Source: Podarcis erhardii (taxonomy: Eukaryota). From it: a DNA stretch of 64,000 bases. The number at the start of each line of letters is the position of its first letter. Positions within the stretch are counted from its first letter, which is position 1. Shown here piece by piece: positions 24,205 through 35,500 of the stretch. The notes below the pieces were generated by a model. It was given only the letters and a program-made list of their open reading frames with translations, did no database searches and was not told where the DNA came from. The translations under genes were made by a program, and so were the position numbers. Location of the stretch: NCBI GenBank assembly GCA_964252035.1, contig OZ176210.1; one strand, given 5' to 3'.

Positions 24205-27200
24205 TTATTCTGGACCTCCACGCTGTAAGAAAAAATATTGGTTGTTTATCTTTCAACAGAAAGAAAAAATCAATTCTTGCACTGATATCAATTTGCATTT
24301 GGATAAAGTGACTGATGTCTAACTTTATAGGAATATACAGAATAACAGCAAGCCACACATAATTTTTCTGTTGCCATTTGGACTTTTCTGTAGTGTGCTA
24401 TATCCCACTTACTATTTACGAGTCCCGTAAATTAACTGCCTGCCTGTATTTCTGTATTTCTCAAAACAATATAAAATTGAGTCCTTTGGGCCCAACCCAC
24501 AGTTGTGCACTAAGTGTCCTCCCCCAAACACTGCAATCTTGAACATGAAACTATTTCATGTAATCCCAGAGTGTCATGTGGGATTTGGAGTAAAGTGTCA
24601 TCAAAATGTGGATGACACCCATTGCTATTTCTCCTTTTTGTCCAAGCAAAGCAGCTGATGTTCCGAAAATCCATTTTAAGATAGGTGGTGGGAACACTTG
24701 GCTTTCCAGACATTGCTGAATTACAACTTCATCGTTCTGGGTGATGTGCTATTCTTGCTGGAATTCATGAGAGTAGTTCAGTGACATCTGGAAGGATAAA
24801 GGTTCTCCACACCTGCACAGTTAGTGAACCCGGGTTGAAACCAATGGAAGAAGTAAGGAGCCAAGTTATGGATTGGTTACAGTACCATCAATTATATGAT
24901 TTGTATAAAACAGACTAAAAAATGGATTTTGGACCAAAGCTAACAGTTTGAAAGAGAGTTACTATGGAATTAGGATAAATTATTGTCTAAAATGTATAAC
25001 ATTGCTAGAATGGGAAACAAACCATGAGCTATTTAAAGTTTCTATGACACACTGGGCAATGGATATAGGGCATAACATAGATTTAAACCTCTGGGAGAAA
25101 CTCTGGAAGAATGATTTCCAATTCTCTGCATATTATACACTGAAAGAGAATTATATGAAAATGATTCATAGATAGTATTTAACTCTGGGTGGGCACTAAT
25201 AAACTGGAGCTGACTAAAGATAAGATACTTAGTGGTATCTTATCTGAAGTTGAAGATGCTATCTTGTACTGTATGGGGTTGCACTCCTACAGGGATATTA
25301 GATGTAGAAGCTAGGGATACTGCATACTGAGATTGTTTTCATAGCACTAAGTACCTTTATGCCAGGTACTCACTCTCCTACACAAGTTGTCCATGCTTTA
25401 GTAACACAAAGGGCTGATTACCATAACACATTATATATGGAGCTGCCTCTGAAAATTTAAACTGGTTCAGAATGCAGCAGCTAGGTTGCAGATCATGGCT
25501 TGTTATGCAAGCATACACCTGCTCTAAAGATCAACAGTGGCTTTCAGATTGTTCCTGGGAACAATGCAAACTGCTGTTTTAAACATTTAAAGCTAGGCTG
25601 TCTAAGAGCAGGCTTCTACAATGTTTCACCCACTTCCATATCAACTGGCCTGGGAACTGATCGTCATAGCTTCAACACAGAAAACATTAAAACATGTTAT
25701 TATATATGTTGGAAGCTGCCCAGAGTGGCTGGGGCAACCCAGTCAGATGGGCAGGGTACAAATAATAATGATAATGATTATGATAATTGTGATATACATT
25801 ATCTACAGGAACAGAAGTACCAGGCCTCTGAATACCAGTTGCTGAAAAACAATAATGAAAAAGAGTTATTGGCAACAGGTCCTTCTTGTGGACTATCCAT
25901 AGGTCTCTAGACTGATCCAGCAGAGTTTTTGTGTTTTTATCATCAGAAACTTTCTCTGGGTGCCTCAATTGGTAAAGTTTAGAAAAGGTTAGGAGAGAGG
26001 GGTCCCTTTCTGCAGTTGCACCCATCTGTGGAACTTCATCCCAAGAAAGATACATCTGGTGACCTATTTTTTTCTAGGCACTAAGCTGTCTTATTATCCA
26101 GGTTTTGGCAGTTTGGTTTTTCACCTAATGCTTATTTTATTGTTTGGCTATGAGGCTGTTGGAACTGTATCAATGCTGGTTACTGTTTATCAACGCAGCA
26201 CTAGATTGCAGACATTCTCATTGACTGCCCTAGGCTTTTATTTTGGAACTGTTTAAACTATTTCATTTAATGGCCACCTTGTGTCCAATTTATAAAAGAA
26301 AGGCAACATAATAGATATTTCAGTAAAACAAATGCAAAGAATAAATTATGTAGGAAATCTCTGGGACCTTACTTGGATATACTCCATCTCTTCCACCGAC
26401 ATGGGTTTCCTTCTATATTTTTGAGGTAACGTTTTTACTAATTCTGAAGTGTCAGGTGTGCCTTGAATTCTACTGGAGAATGAAATATTTGTAGATGGTG
26501 ACGGCCCACCTCCTGCAGAGAGTTGTGAGGCTGAACCATGAGGCAGAGGCACTCTTGACTGTAGAGGCTCCTGTACTGAAGGAACAAGAGACAGGTTCTA
26601 AACCATTTACTTTAGCAAAAATATTCAGGAAACCCTAGATCATGAAGCATTCAGAGTAATAGCCATGTTATTTCGTTGCAGAAAAAACAACAAAAATAAC
26701 TTTTTTTAAGTGAAAAGGGAATGGAATGGTATGTTCAAAGAAACAGCAAATGTCAGTTAACACCAATTTCCAGTCTAAGCAAAAGAAATATGGCGACTAA
26801 GGCTGTGATCCTATGCACTCATATAGAAGTAGGTCACATGGAATCCAATAAAACATACTTATAAATACACAAATCTGGGATTAAACTTTTTTAAACATTA
26901 CTAGATAAAATTAACATACATTTACAAAAAGAGATACTTACTTGTAGGTTTGGGAGTACTTCTTCTGTCTGGAAACTTAATTAAGGGTGTATGTGGCTTC
27001 ACTACCTGGAGTAAAACAGGTAAATGGAAGGCAATGTAAGATAACTAGGACAGCAATTCAATATACATATTCACATTTTCTTGCAAAGAAAAGGTGTAAT
27101 CCACCAAGCACTGTTGCTAAATGGCATTTTAGTGGGAAGCCCAACCCAACTCCTTTTGGAACAGAACACTGGCAACAGCAATGGCTTCTGAGTAGAATAG

Positions 27201-28045
27201 GATACAATGCAAACTGGCTTGCTTGGGAGCAAAATACAAAGACATCTGAAGAGTTCAACTTTTACATTTGAAATGTTGGAGCAGTTGAAGAACAAAGCCT
27301 ATCATGTAAACTCTAGAAACACTACCCACTTATTCATTCACAATCTAATGCTATCCAAAGACAAATGAAACATAGCTGGTGGACTATTGTACTACATGAG
27401 GCAGCAGGTTTATCTGCATGGATAGTTAACAAGCACTAAGTAAAAGGTCCAATGGTCATACTTGAATTAATTGCACAGATTTCTCCAGAAGTGTTTCTTT
27501 ATCCATTATTATTTCTATTGCAGAGAAGAAAGGGTTTTTTGTTCTGTTTACTGTTTACCTAAGGGGTGGTCAGGAAATATATCACTTGCTATCCTCATAG
27601 TATGTTGCTCACAAGTGGCAGTCTATAGCTGCTGTGATGTCTGAAATGTAGATCATTTGTTATGTTCTGAAAGAGTAAAGTGTGCTGGAATAAGGGAAAC
27701 CTGCATGACAGAAATATGGTAAGGAAACTACCTTTTTCTAATTCCCTTTTAAAGCCATCTAAGAACCAAACTAGAAGTGGCACTAAAAGAATTGTTAGCA
27801 ATGATGTTTACATTTTTTTAAAAAAAACACCCCAATGGCAAGTATGAAAATGGGATTTTTGTTGGAACTGTAGTTATGGACAGGCTTAAATCTAACTTCA
27901 ATACAAGGTGCAGTACTCCTACTCCTGGCATTATTTTCATTTAAAACATAACATAAGTGGCTAATAATGACACATTTTGCATCAAGTCTAGTTTGGCACA
28001 ACTTGTGGCAGCGAATTCCCTAAGTTAATGAATGCTTTGTGCACA

Positions 28046-28083
<38 letters not shown>

Positions 28084-29061
28084 GCTATTCCAGTTCTACT
28101 GCCAAAGACCAATTCCATGGCATGACCTGAGTTCCAATATTATGAGAGGAAGAAAAAGTTATTTCACACCCCAAACAATGCCTTTCCCTATACATCTTTT
28201 GCTTTCCCACCCTAAACTTAAGATGTACAAATATTTAAGTAAGGTGCTCTAGCCACCTTACTGCTAAAGGACAGGAAACTGCCAGTTATTTTGGTTATTA
28301 TCACCATCCCACTCCTGTCCCAAGCACTAAAAAAGGACTGAGCCACTTCTCTCCAAGTCACCAAACCAGCCATAAATCTTTTAAGGCATTGCCTGTGAGC
28401 AAAAACGGGGTCAAACTGCTTGTCAACATGTCCAGTCCAACAGTTTATTTTCATTTATTTTTTTAAAAAAGTGCCTCTCCCTCTTCAGCCAGGGGAACCG
28501 CAAACGCTGATATTTCACTCAACTCTTATTTACAGTTGACAGGCTTGTCATTGACACGAGGGCTGAGATTTCCTAGAGAGACTTAATCCGGAGTCAGTTT
28601 TGCAGGATACAGAAGGATCTAATCCCGAGGCGATGAGGAAGAAGATGGTGCACCGTAGGACAGCATTGCGACCCTATGGCTTTGAGATGGGACCCTCGGG
28701 GGCAAAGGCGGAGGACAGGCGGAGCAACCGGGAAAACCTCGGCCTCTTCCCTCCGAAGCCGCCACGCTGGCGAGGCCCTAGCCGAGCCGCTTTCTCGCCT
28801 TCCTCTCCCGAGGTCGGCGGGCAGCGCATCCCCCCTCGACCGCCTTCCCTCCTGCGCTTTCTCCCCTGCCCGCCCAAGGGCACCAGCCTCCGCTAGTCCC
28901 ACGGGGCCAGGGACCCGCTTCCCCGCCGCCGGACGCCGAAGCCTGGCCCAGAGGTGCGAGGCCCGGCCGGGCGCCAAGCCGGAGCGGGGTCTCCTGCGCC
29001 AGAAACGCCTTAAAGGACTTACCTGAACGACCCTACTGGCGGCCGCCATCTTGCTGCCCAT
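24205..29061 (-). CDS. MRPS36: MRPS36/KGD4 (2-oxoglutarate dehydrogenase adaptor subunit), 4 exons, 107 aa
   Basis: Exons: 29023-29061 (MGSKMAAASRVVQ), 26942-27005 (VVKPHTPLIKFPDRR), 26373-26575 (..TLPQKYRRKPMSVEEMEYIQ), 24205-24222 (RGGPE*). GT-AG, total 324 nt. Confidence 0.95.
24830..25186 (+). mobile_element. Degenerate L1 ORF2 fragment in MRPS36 intron 3
   Basis: Translation WEKLWKNDFQFSAYYTLKENYMKMIHR*YLT resembles the lizard L1 ORF2 C-terminal region, with stops. Confidence 0.65.
28049..28080. repeat. (GT)n microsatellite, MRPS36 intron 1
   Basis: Directly visible. Confidence 0.95.
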
Positions 29062-29310
29062 GGTGACCGCCCGCCGCCCGGCCCAGGCAGGGGAAAGTGC
29101 GCGCCGACGGGGCCGGGGCTTCCAGGAGGAGCGGGCGGCGGCCTAGCGAAGCGCCGCCCACCGGAGGGGCCTTGGCGGCGACGCTCAGCGCACGGAGCGG
29201 ATCCGGAGAAAGCAAAGAGGCCGGGCGGCACACGCCGCGTTACTGAACTGCTCAGAGTTCAAGCGGACAAGCCTGGGCGGGCCCCAACACGCGCTTTGTC
29301 TCATTTTGTC
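28590..29310 (-). promoter_or_regulatory. CpG island / promoter of MRPS36
   Basis: CpG-rich. YY1-like gccgccatctt overlaps the second ATG. Confidence 0.75.
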
Positions 29311-29436
29311 CTTAACAGCCGAGGAAAAAAATAAGTTAAAAGCTCCTACTGGGACTGGGAGAGTGTGTTTTGTTTTGTATTTCAATTGATTTCATTAGTG
29401 CAAGGCAAGCTATTCTCTAGAAAGGATGGTCTTCTG

Positions 29437-29570
29437 CAGGCTTCCTCAAACTCGGCCCTTCAGCTGTTTTGAAACAATTCCCATCATCCTTGATCACTGC
29501 TCCTGCTAGCTAGGGATCATAGGAGTTGGAGGCCAAAAAACATTTGGAGGGCCAGGGTTGAGGAAACCTG
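29437..29570. mobile_element. hAT-type MITE upstream of MRPS36
   Basis: TIRs caggcttcctcaa / ttgaggaaacctg. 8-bp TSD gtcttctg / gtcttatg. Confidence 0.8.
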
Positions 29571-29729
29571 GTCTTATGGGTGGTCGGGTGTCCTAAAGCT
29601 ATCAAGAAACCAATAGCAATGGCCTGCTGGATTTATTTCCGTTGGGAACTTCTTCATATGAGCCCTGCTGGATCAGGCCATTGGCCCAACTCGAGAAGCA
29701 TCCTGGTCCCACAGTGGCCAGCTAGATAC

Positions 29730-30381
29730 TGTTATGAGAAGAAAAACCTGCTCCTTTTCCCAAGAGCCCATCATCGGTAGGAGAAAATAACAGAGACCAA
29801 CCAGAGAATAATGAGAAGCAAAGCAGCTAGTAAGTCTCATCTTTATTAAACTGTTGCAACAGGGTCCTCCCTCACCATATGCCGGAGGGAGGAGGAACCC
29901 AGAACAAAGGCCCTTATATAGACCTTTTAAATTGCCCACCCTCAAACTCCAGACCGCCCCCCAGAAACATCATACATACATCACAGAAGGCGTGTATCCT
30001 AGGACCACCTTCCCTACTGCATCATACATACATCACAGGGGGCGGTCTAAAACAGAATCCTGAGTGTGTTGTTTATCTCCTGTCTGGCAGGTTACTTTAC
30101 TGCATTATCTGGGTTTTGGCCACTCTTTTATTATAACTACTTAATTCCTGAATCCAGGTCACAGGCTCACCCTATTCACAACTTAAATATGCCCTTAAGG
30201 CAGGATTGGTGAGCACAGAGGCATTTCTTCCCTCCTTGCAGAGAAACATTTGGTCAGTTTGGGAGAGTCAAAATGGTTTCCGGACTGCCTTCCTGTACTG
30301 TTTCAGACATGTGGTTTATGTATTTATGTGTTTGCCTTGTACATTTAGTTTACATATTTGAGACCTCAAATTCTTATAACA
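29730..30381 (-). mobile_element. Solo LTR (ERV1- or Gypsy-like), 652 bp
   Basis: TG..CA ends with 11-bp inverted termini TGTTATAAGAA..TTCTCATAACA and a 4-bp TSD atac (29726-29729, 30382-30385). Minus strand carries two GC boxes, TATATAA (29914-29920) and AATAAA (29842-29847). Confidence 0.88.
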
Positions 30382-30528
30382 ATACCTACGGCAAGTCTGC
30401 AAGCAGAACTGCTCTCTCTCCCATCCTGAACTATAGCTTCCGGGGGGGGGGGGGAGGGAGGGAGCGCACGCATAGCCATTATGGTTGGTAGCCTTCAGTA
30501 GGCTTTATCCTCCAAGGTTTGCCTAAAT

Positions 30529-30766
30529 CAGGGGTAGGCAGCCTAAGGCCTGTGGGCCGGAAGGGGCCCAATTGCCTTCTCAATCCGGCCTGCGGACGGT
30601 CTGGGAATCAGTGTTTTTTTACACAAGTAGAATGTGTGCTTTTATTTAAAATGCATCTCTGGGTTATTTGTGGGGCATAGGAATTCGTTCATATTTTTTT
30701 TCAAAATCTAGTCTGGCCCACCACATGGTCTGAGGGACGGTAGCTGAAAAAGGTTGCTGACCCCTG
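30529..30766. mobile_element. hAT MITE nested in CR1
   Basis: TIR caggggtaggca..tgctgacccctg. Perfect 8-bp TSD gcctaaat. Confidence 0.88.
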
Positions 30767-32591
30767 GCCTAAATTCTCCTTTAAACCATCTGGCTTGGTG
30801 GTTGTCGCTGCCTCTTGTGGGAGCAAATTCCATGGTTTTAAATATGTGCTGTGTGAAGAAGTACTTTCTTCTGCCTGTTCTGAATCTACCAGCATTTAGC
30901 TCCATAGGATAGCTACAAGTCTAATGTTATGAGGAAGAACAACTTGCCTTGATCCTCTTTCTCCATGGCATTATCACACGCGTTTATATGTCATCTCTTA
31001 GCTAAATTAAAAAAACACTTCCAAATGCTGCAGCCTTTCATTATAGGAGAATTGTTCCATTTCCTTGATCATTTTGCTTTTCACTTTTTGGAATGTTTTC
31101 CAACTCAACAATATCATTTTTGAAGTAAGGTTACCAGAACTACGGACAGTAGGAATACAGTTGCAATATAGATTTGTATATCAGCTTTATTTTTAATTCT
31201 TTCCTAATGATCCCTAGCATGGGATTTACATTTTTTGCAACTGCTACGTAGTGGGTCAACATGACCCCAAGATCTTGTTCCTGGCCAATCACCACCAGTT
31301 CATACTCCATGAGCATATATGTGAAAGATTTTTTTTTTTGCCCCAGAATGCATCACTCTACAATTGTTTATCCTGAAATGCATCTGCCATTTTACTACCA
31401 ATTCACTCAGTTAGGATGGGTTCTTTGGGAGGTCTCTGGAATCCCTCCTTTAATTTAATGTCCTGGACAACTTAGTATTTTCAGCAAACATGGTCACGCC
31501 ACTGCTCACTCCTAGCTCTAGATGGTTTGTGAACAAGTTAACAGCACAGGTCCAAAAGCCAATCATTGGGGGACTCCACTTTTTACCTCCCTTCGTAGAA
31601 TCATTCCTGATATACAAGAGTTATTTATTTGATTTATATACCACCCTTCATCTGAAGACCACAGAATGGTTCACAACATAAAAATACAAAATGAAGATGC
31701 AAAATACACAATAAAATCAAACCAAACCAATAACCATCCTTCTACAAGAAGGCCACATCTTATTCCCATGAGTGCTAAGCTTGTAAGAGGTTTGAACCCT
31801 CCAAACCATATAGGATAACACATAAAGCTATTTTATTTCACTGCAAATGCAGCCAATACTATGGCATAACATGTATAAACAATACAAGAATTCTAACCTA
31901 TGGTCATTCTACAGTAAGATTTCTCTACCCCTGTCCTTCCCTTCATTATGTTCCTCATTATTTTAGATTTTAGAAACACTTAAATGCACAACGTTACATG
32001 CATAATGATGGCACTGCAATAATAGCAGCAGCCAACTATTTAAATGCACAACAGTTAACTAAACATACATAACATACCATTGTAGTGAAGTGGCTTTGGG
32101 AATCCATTGAATATAACAAAAATGATCCATCAAAATATTAAGCTGCTTTCCACTGGCACACACAAACATGATGTGCTCGTTATAGGTGGTAAAGAAAGTC
32201 AAAATGTAAGGAAAGGCATTCCTGCCTTCCCAGCAGGAAATAAGATTTAAAAAGCAAACCTGTTGCTCTGTCTTCATTCCAAGGCAACAGCCAATAATTT
32301 CTCTGGAAATTGAGGAGGCGATGGGAAGAATGTTGCAGTTACAATACTCTCCGTTAATAACTCTTTCCATAAAACTGGAATGGTTCTTCCAAGGTAGAGC
32401 AAACAAATCTAGTCATTAAGTTAGGCAACATATTTTACAGCAGGAAGTTTTCAAGTCCATCTGTGCATCAATATAATTAAGCGCCACTGCAGTTATTATG
32501 AAAACACACCTCTTTGTCACAATAGCTTGACAGACTACTGCTTCTCCTCTGAATCAGCAAACCATAGAAAATGTACTGCTCTGCTGCTTCT

Positions 32592-35500
32592 TCACATTCT
32601 AGCCACATTTTTCTCCAGTTGCAGAACAATTTCCTTCAAAGCTGGATCTTCTGCCCAATTGACCTCACTTCCAATAATGAGATTCTGAAACAAAATCAGT
32701 TTGTTTAGTTTTTAAAGAAATACTTCAGATACTTCTTGCTCCCAGTAGCAAATGGAACTCTTCAGGACGTCAATACTAAAAAAGGGGAAAAAATGTGGGC
32801 TGATAAAAGAAAGTGGTCACGCATCGTGCAAGTTATACGTTTGGTCATTCTCAATCTATGCACAGAAATGTTAATGTTTAATATATTAAACTGTCAATAG
32901 ATCACAAAATTCCCCAATAAAAGTAGCTTTCTCATCAGTAAAGTCATTCTTGCTAGTAGGCTATAAATTGACTCAATTTATATTTAGTACAGATCAAAAT
33001 GATATAATCTGTCCTTCTCAGAGGCAATTTTACCTGGAAGATGTTTTGAATCGATGTCGTCATCTCAATTTCCTTTTGCAGATTTCTACGGGCCGCCTTC
33101 AACATTTCACTCACTTCCATATTATCCAGTTCCTCTTTTCGTTTCATTTTCATATTATGTATATCTGCCAGTTTGCAATCCATAGCTTGCTTTAGTGCTA
33201 TTGAATTATGAGGAGAAAAATATGAAACTATGAGCTCGATCATTTCCCAAATCCTAGTGCTAGAAGAGGCTTTGTAGTGAGTGATTTATGACACGGTTTT
33301 AAAATAAAGAAATACAGTTGTACCTTGGTTGTCGAACACCCTGGAACTCATAAGTTTTGGCTCCCAAACACTGCAAACCCGGAAGTGATTGTTCTGGTTT
33401 GTGAATGTTCTTTTGGAACCCGAACGTCCCACAAGGCTTCTGGGGCTTGATTGGCTGCAGGACCTTCCTGCAGCCAATCAGAAGCCGTGATCTGGTTTTT
33501 GAACATTTTGGAAGTCAAATGGACTTCAGGAACGGATTCCATTCAAGTTCCAAGGTATGACTGTATGCCTCCATTCCACACACCATGCTTAAACCGTTAG
33601 AACTCTAAACACATGTAGAGTTTTATCCAATGCTGCTGCTTTGCGAGCAGAACAGACTTCCATCTGACACAATTTCAATTCCCTTTCCTTTTTTCCCCTC
33701 CTGCAGCCATCTGTGCACCCTCAAAAGCTGCTCCACAGGGTTGGGGGACCTTCCAGAGCAGATTTATGGGCATGCATAGTATTAATACAACCAATTACAA
33801 GCTACAGTACACTTAAAGAAGCTACTACAATGCAAGTATTGCATTTCAACACTGCTTGTAAAAAGTAGCAAGTCATCACGGAGTAGTGAACAAAAACCAA
33901 AGGTAAGTGATCTTATATATGGCTGTTTAGAAGCAAACTGGACCGAAGAAAAATCAAGGTACTGGTTTCTACATACTAAGGGGATTCCCCGTGTATGCAG
34001 AAGTATATATTAAGTGTGCAAATAAAAACAAGCTCTGCTGATTCTACAAAAACTTAGTTTTGGAAGAAAGTGTGTACACATTAAGGCAGGTCTGTGTGGG
34101 TGGGGGCAGCCAGGCCCACTTGCCCTGGGCGTTGGAGGGCTAAGCTAGCCAAGGGGCCCTCCAGATATGCTGTCAGGCCAAGAACGCCCTGTGACAGACC
34201 GGGGACTTATTGGGTGAAACACCCATGCCTGTCCATATGCACTGCAAGGCTTTGATAGTAAAATCTGGACCTGCGTTACTGCATACTAGTGTGTAGCGTC
34301 AGGTCAGATTAGGCGTTTGCCTGTCTCACAGACAAGCCTCCCGCCCTGGGCTTCTGACAAGCTCTGCATGGACCTGTATTAAGGCCATAATATGGCTTAA
34401 GGTTCTTTTCTAAATGGGATCATGAAAATACAGTCCTACCTTGGGTTGAAGTCGCTTCAAGTTAAGCCTTTTCGGGTTGTGCTCCGTGGTGACCCAGAAG
34501 TAACGGAGCACGTTACTTCCAGGTTTTGTCGCTCGCGCATATGCTCAATATGACATCTTGCGCGTGCGCGGAAAAGGCGAATCGTGACCCCCCCACACAC
34601 AGACAGGCAGTCGTGGGTTGTGTTCGCTTCAGGGTGTGAACGGGGCTCCGGAACGGATCCCGTTTGCATCCTGAGGTACCACTGTATGAGTAAAGCAAGC
34701 GGCAGTAATCATCCAGTAAAACCAGAATTGGAGTAGTTAACGGAAAACTTTGTGGGGATGCTTACCTATTTCTGTTATTGTTCTTGAATGCCCACAGAAA
34801 GAAGCCTTAGCACCTGTGTAATTGCACACAATGCTACTGTGATGTGGCCTTTATACTGTTCTTGGGGCACCTTCCTTACCACACCCCTTTTGCACTAACC
34901 ACCAAACTGACTATCCATGAGAATTTATAATGTGCACATCCATCATTGGGTGGAATGATAATGTTTCCAACACACTCTCATTTTCATGGCACATCACCTT
35001 TATAAGATACAAAAGGGAAACCGATATTTCACTACGGTTAAAAAACTTACATTGTCTTCTCTGCTTAACTTCATTCAATTTTTCTTCCAGTTCACGAGAC
35101 TGCTATATTAAAAAAGCAGTTCATTAATATATTTTGTAAAAAATATCTAATCCGGTTGTCAGAGTAATACTTGTTGGCATCCTTCTACCTCGAGAGACAA
35201 TGGAGTGCTCTTCCAGAGGTGAAGTCAAAACACTGAGTTAGCAGCACCAAAGTGACCTCCCTGGGGCATAAGCCTGAGCAGTGTGTATGGAGGTCCTGGG
35301 ATGCCCAGATGACAAGACCGCCCCCTCTTGGCCTTGCTGCTGTGGTCCAAAGGAAAGCAGATAAATATATTTGGCACCAACTTGGCTGCAGGAGTTGCCA
35401 GAAGGTGGTGTACAAGATGCCATCCAACCACCTTAAGGACTCCATTCCAGATTTGTGTAGGGTTTACTCCTTAGGATTTTCTTCTTCTGAAGATGTCCCA

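Larger units (their letters stand above)
29610..31610 (-). mobile_element. Old CR1 LINE 3' fragment, interrupted by a solo LTR and a hAT MITE
   Basis: Minus-strand remnants read RKYFFTQHIFKTMEF / WNLLPQEA..DGLK (CR1 RT C-terminus). The CR1-type 3' UTR is split by the two insertions. Confidence 0.7.

Noticed and set aside
28600-29233. Multiple ORFs around MRPS36 exon 1
   Set aside because: CpG-island artefacts; only the 13-codon exon is supported.
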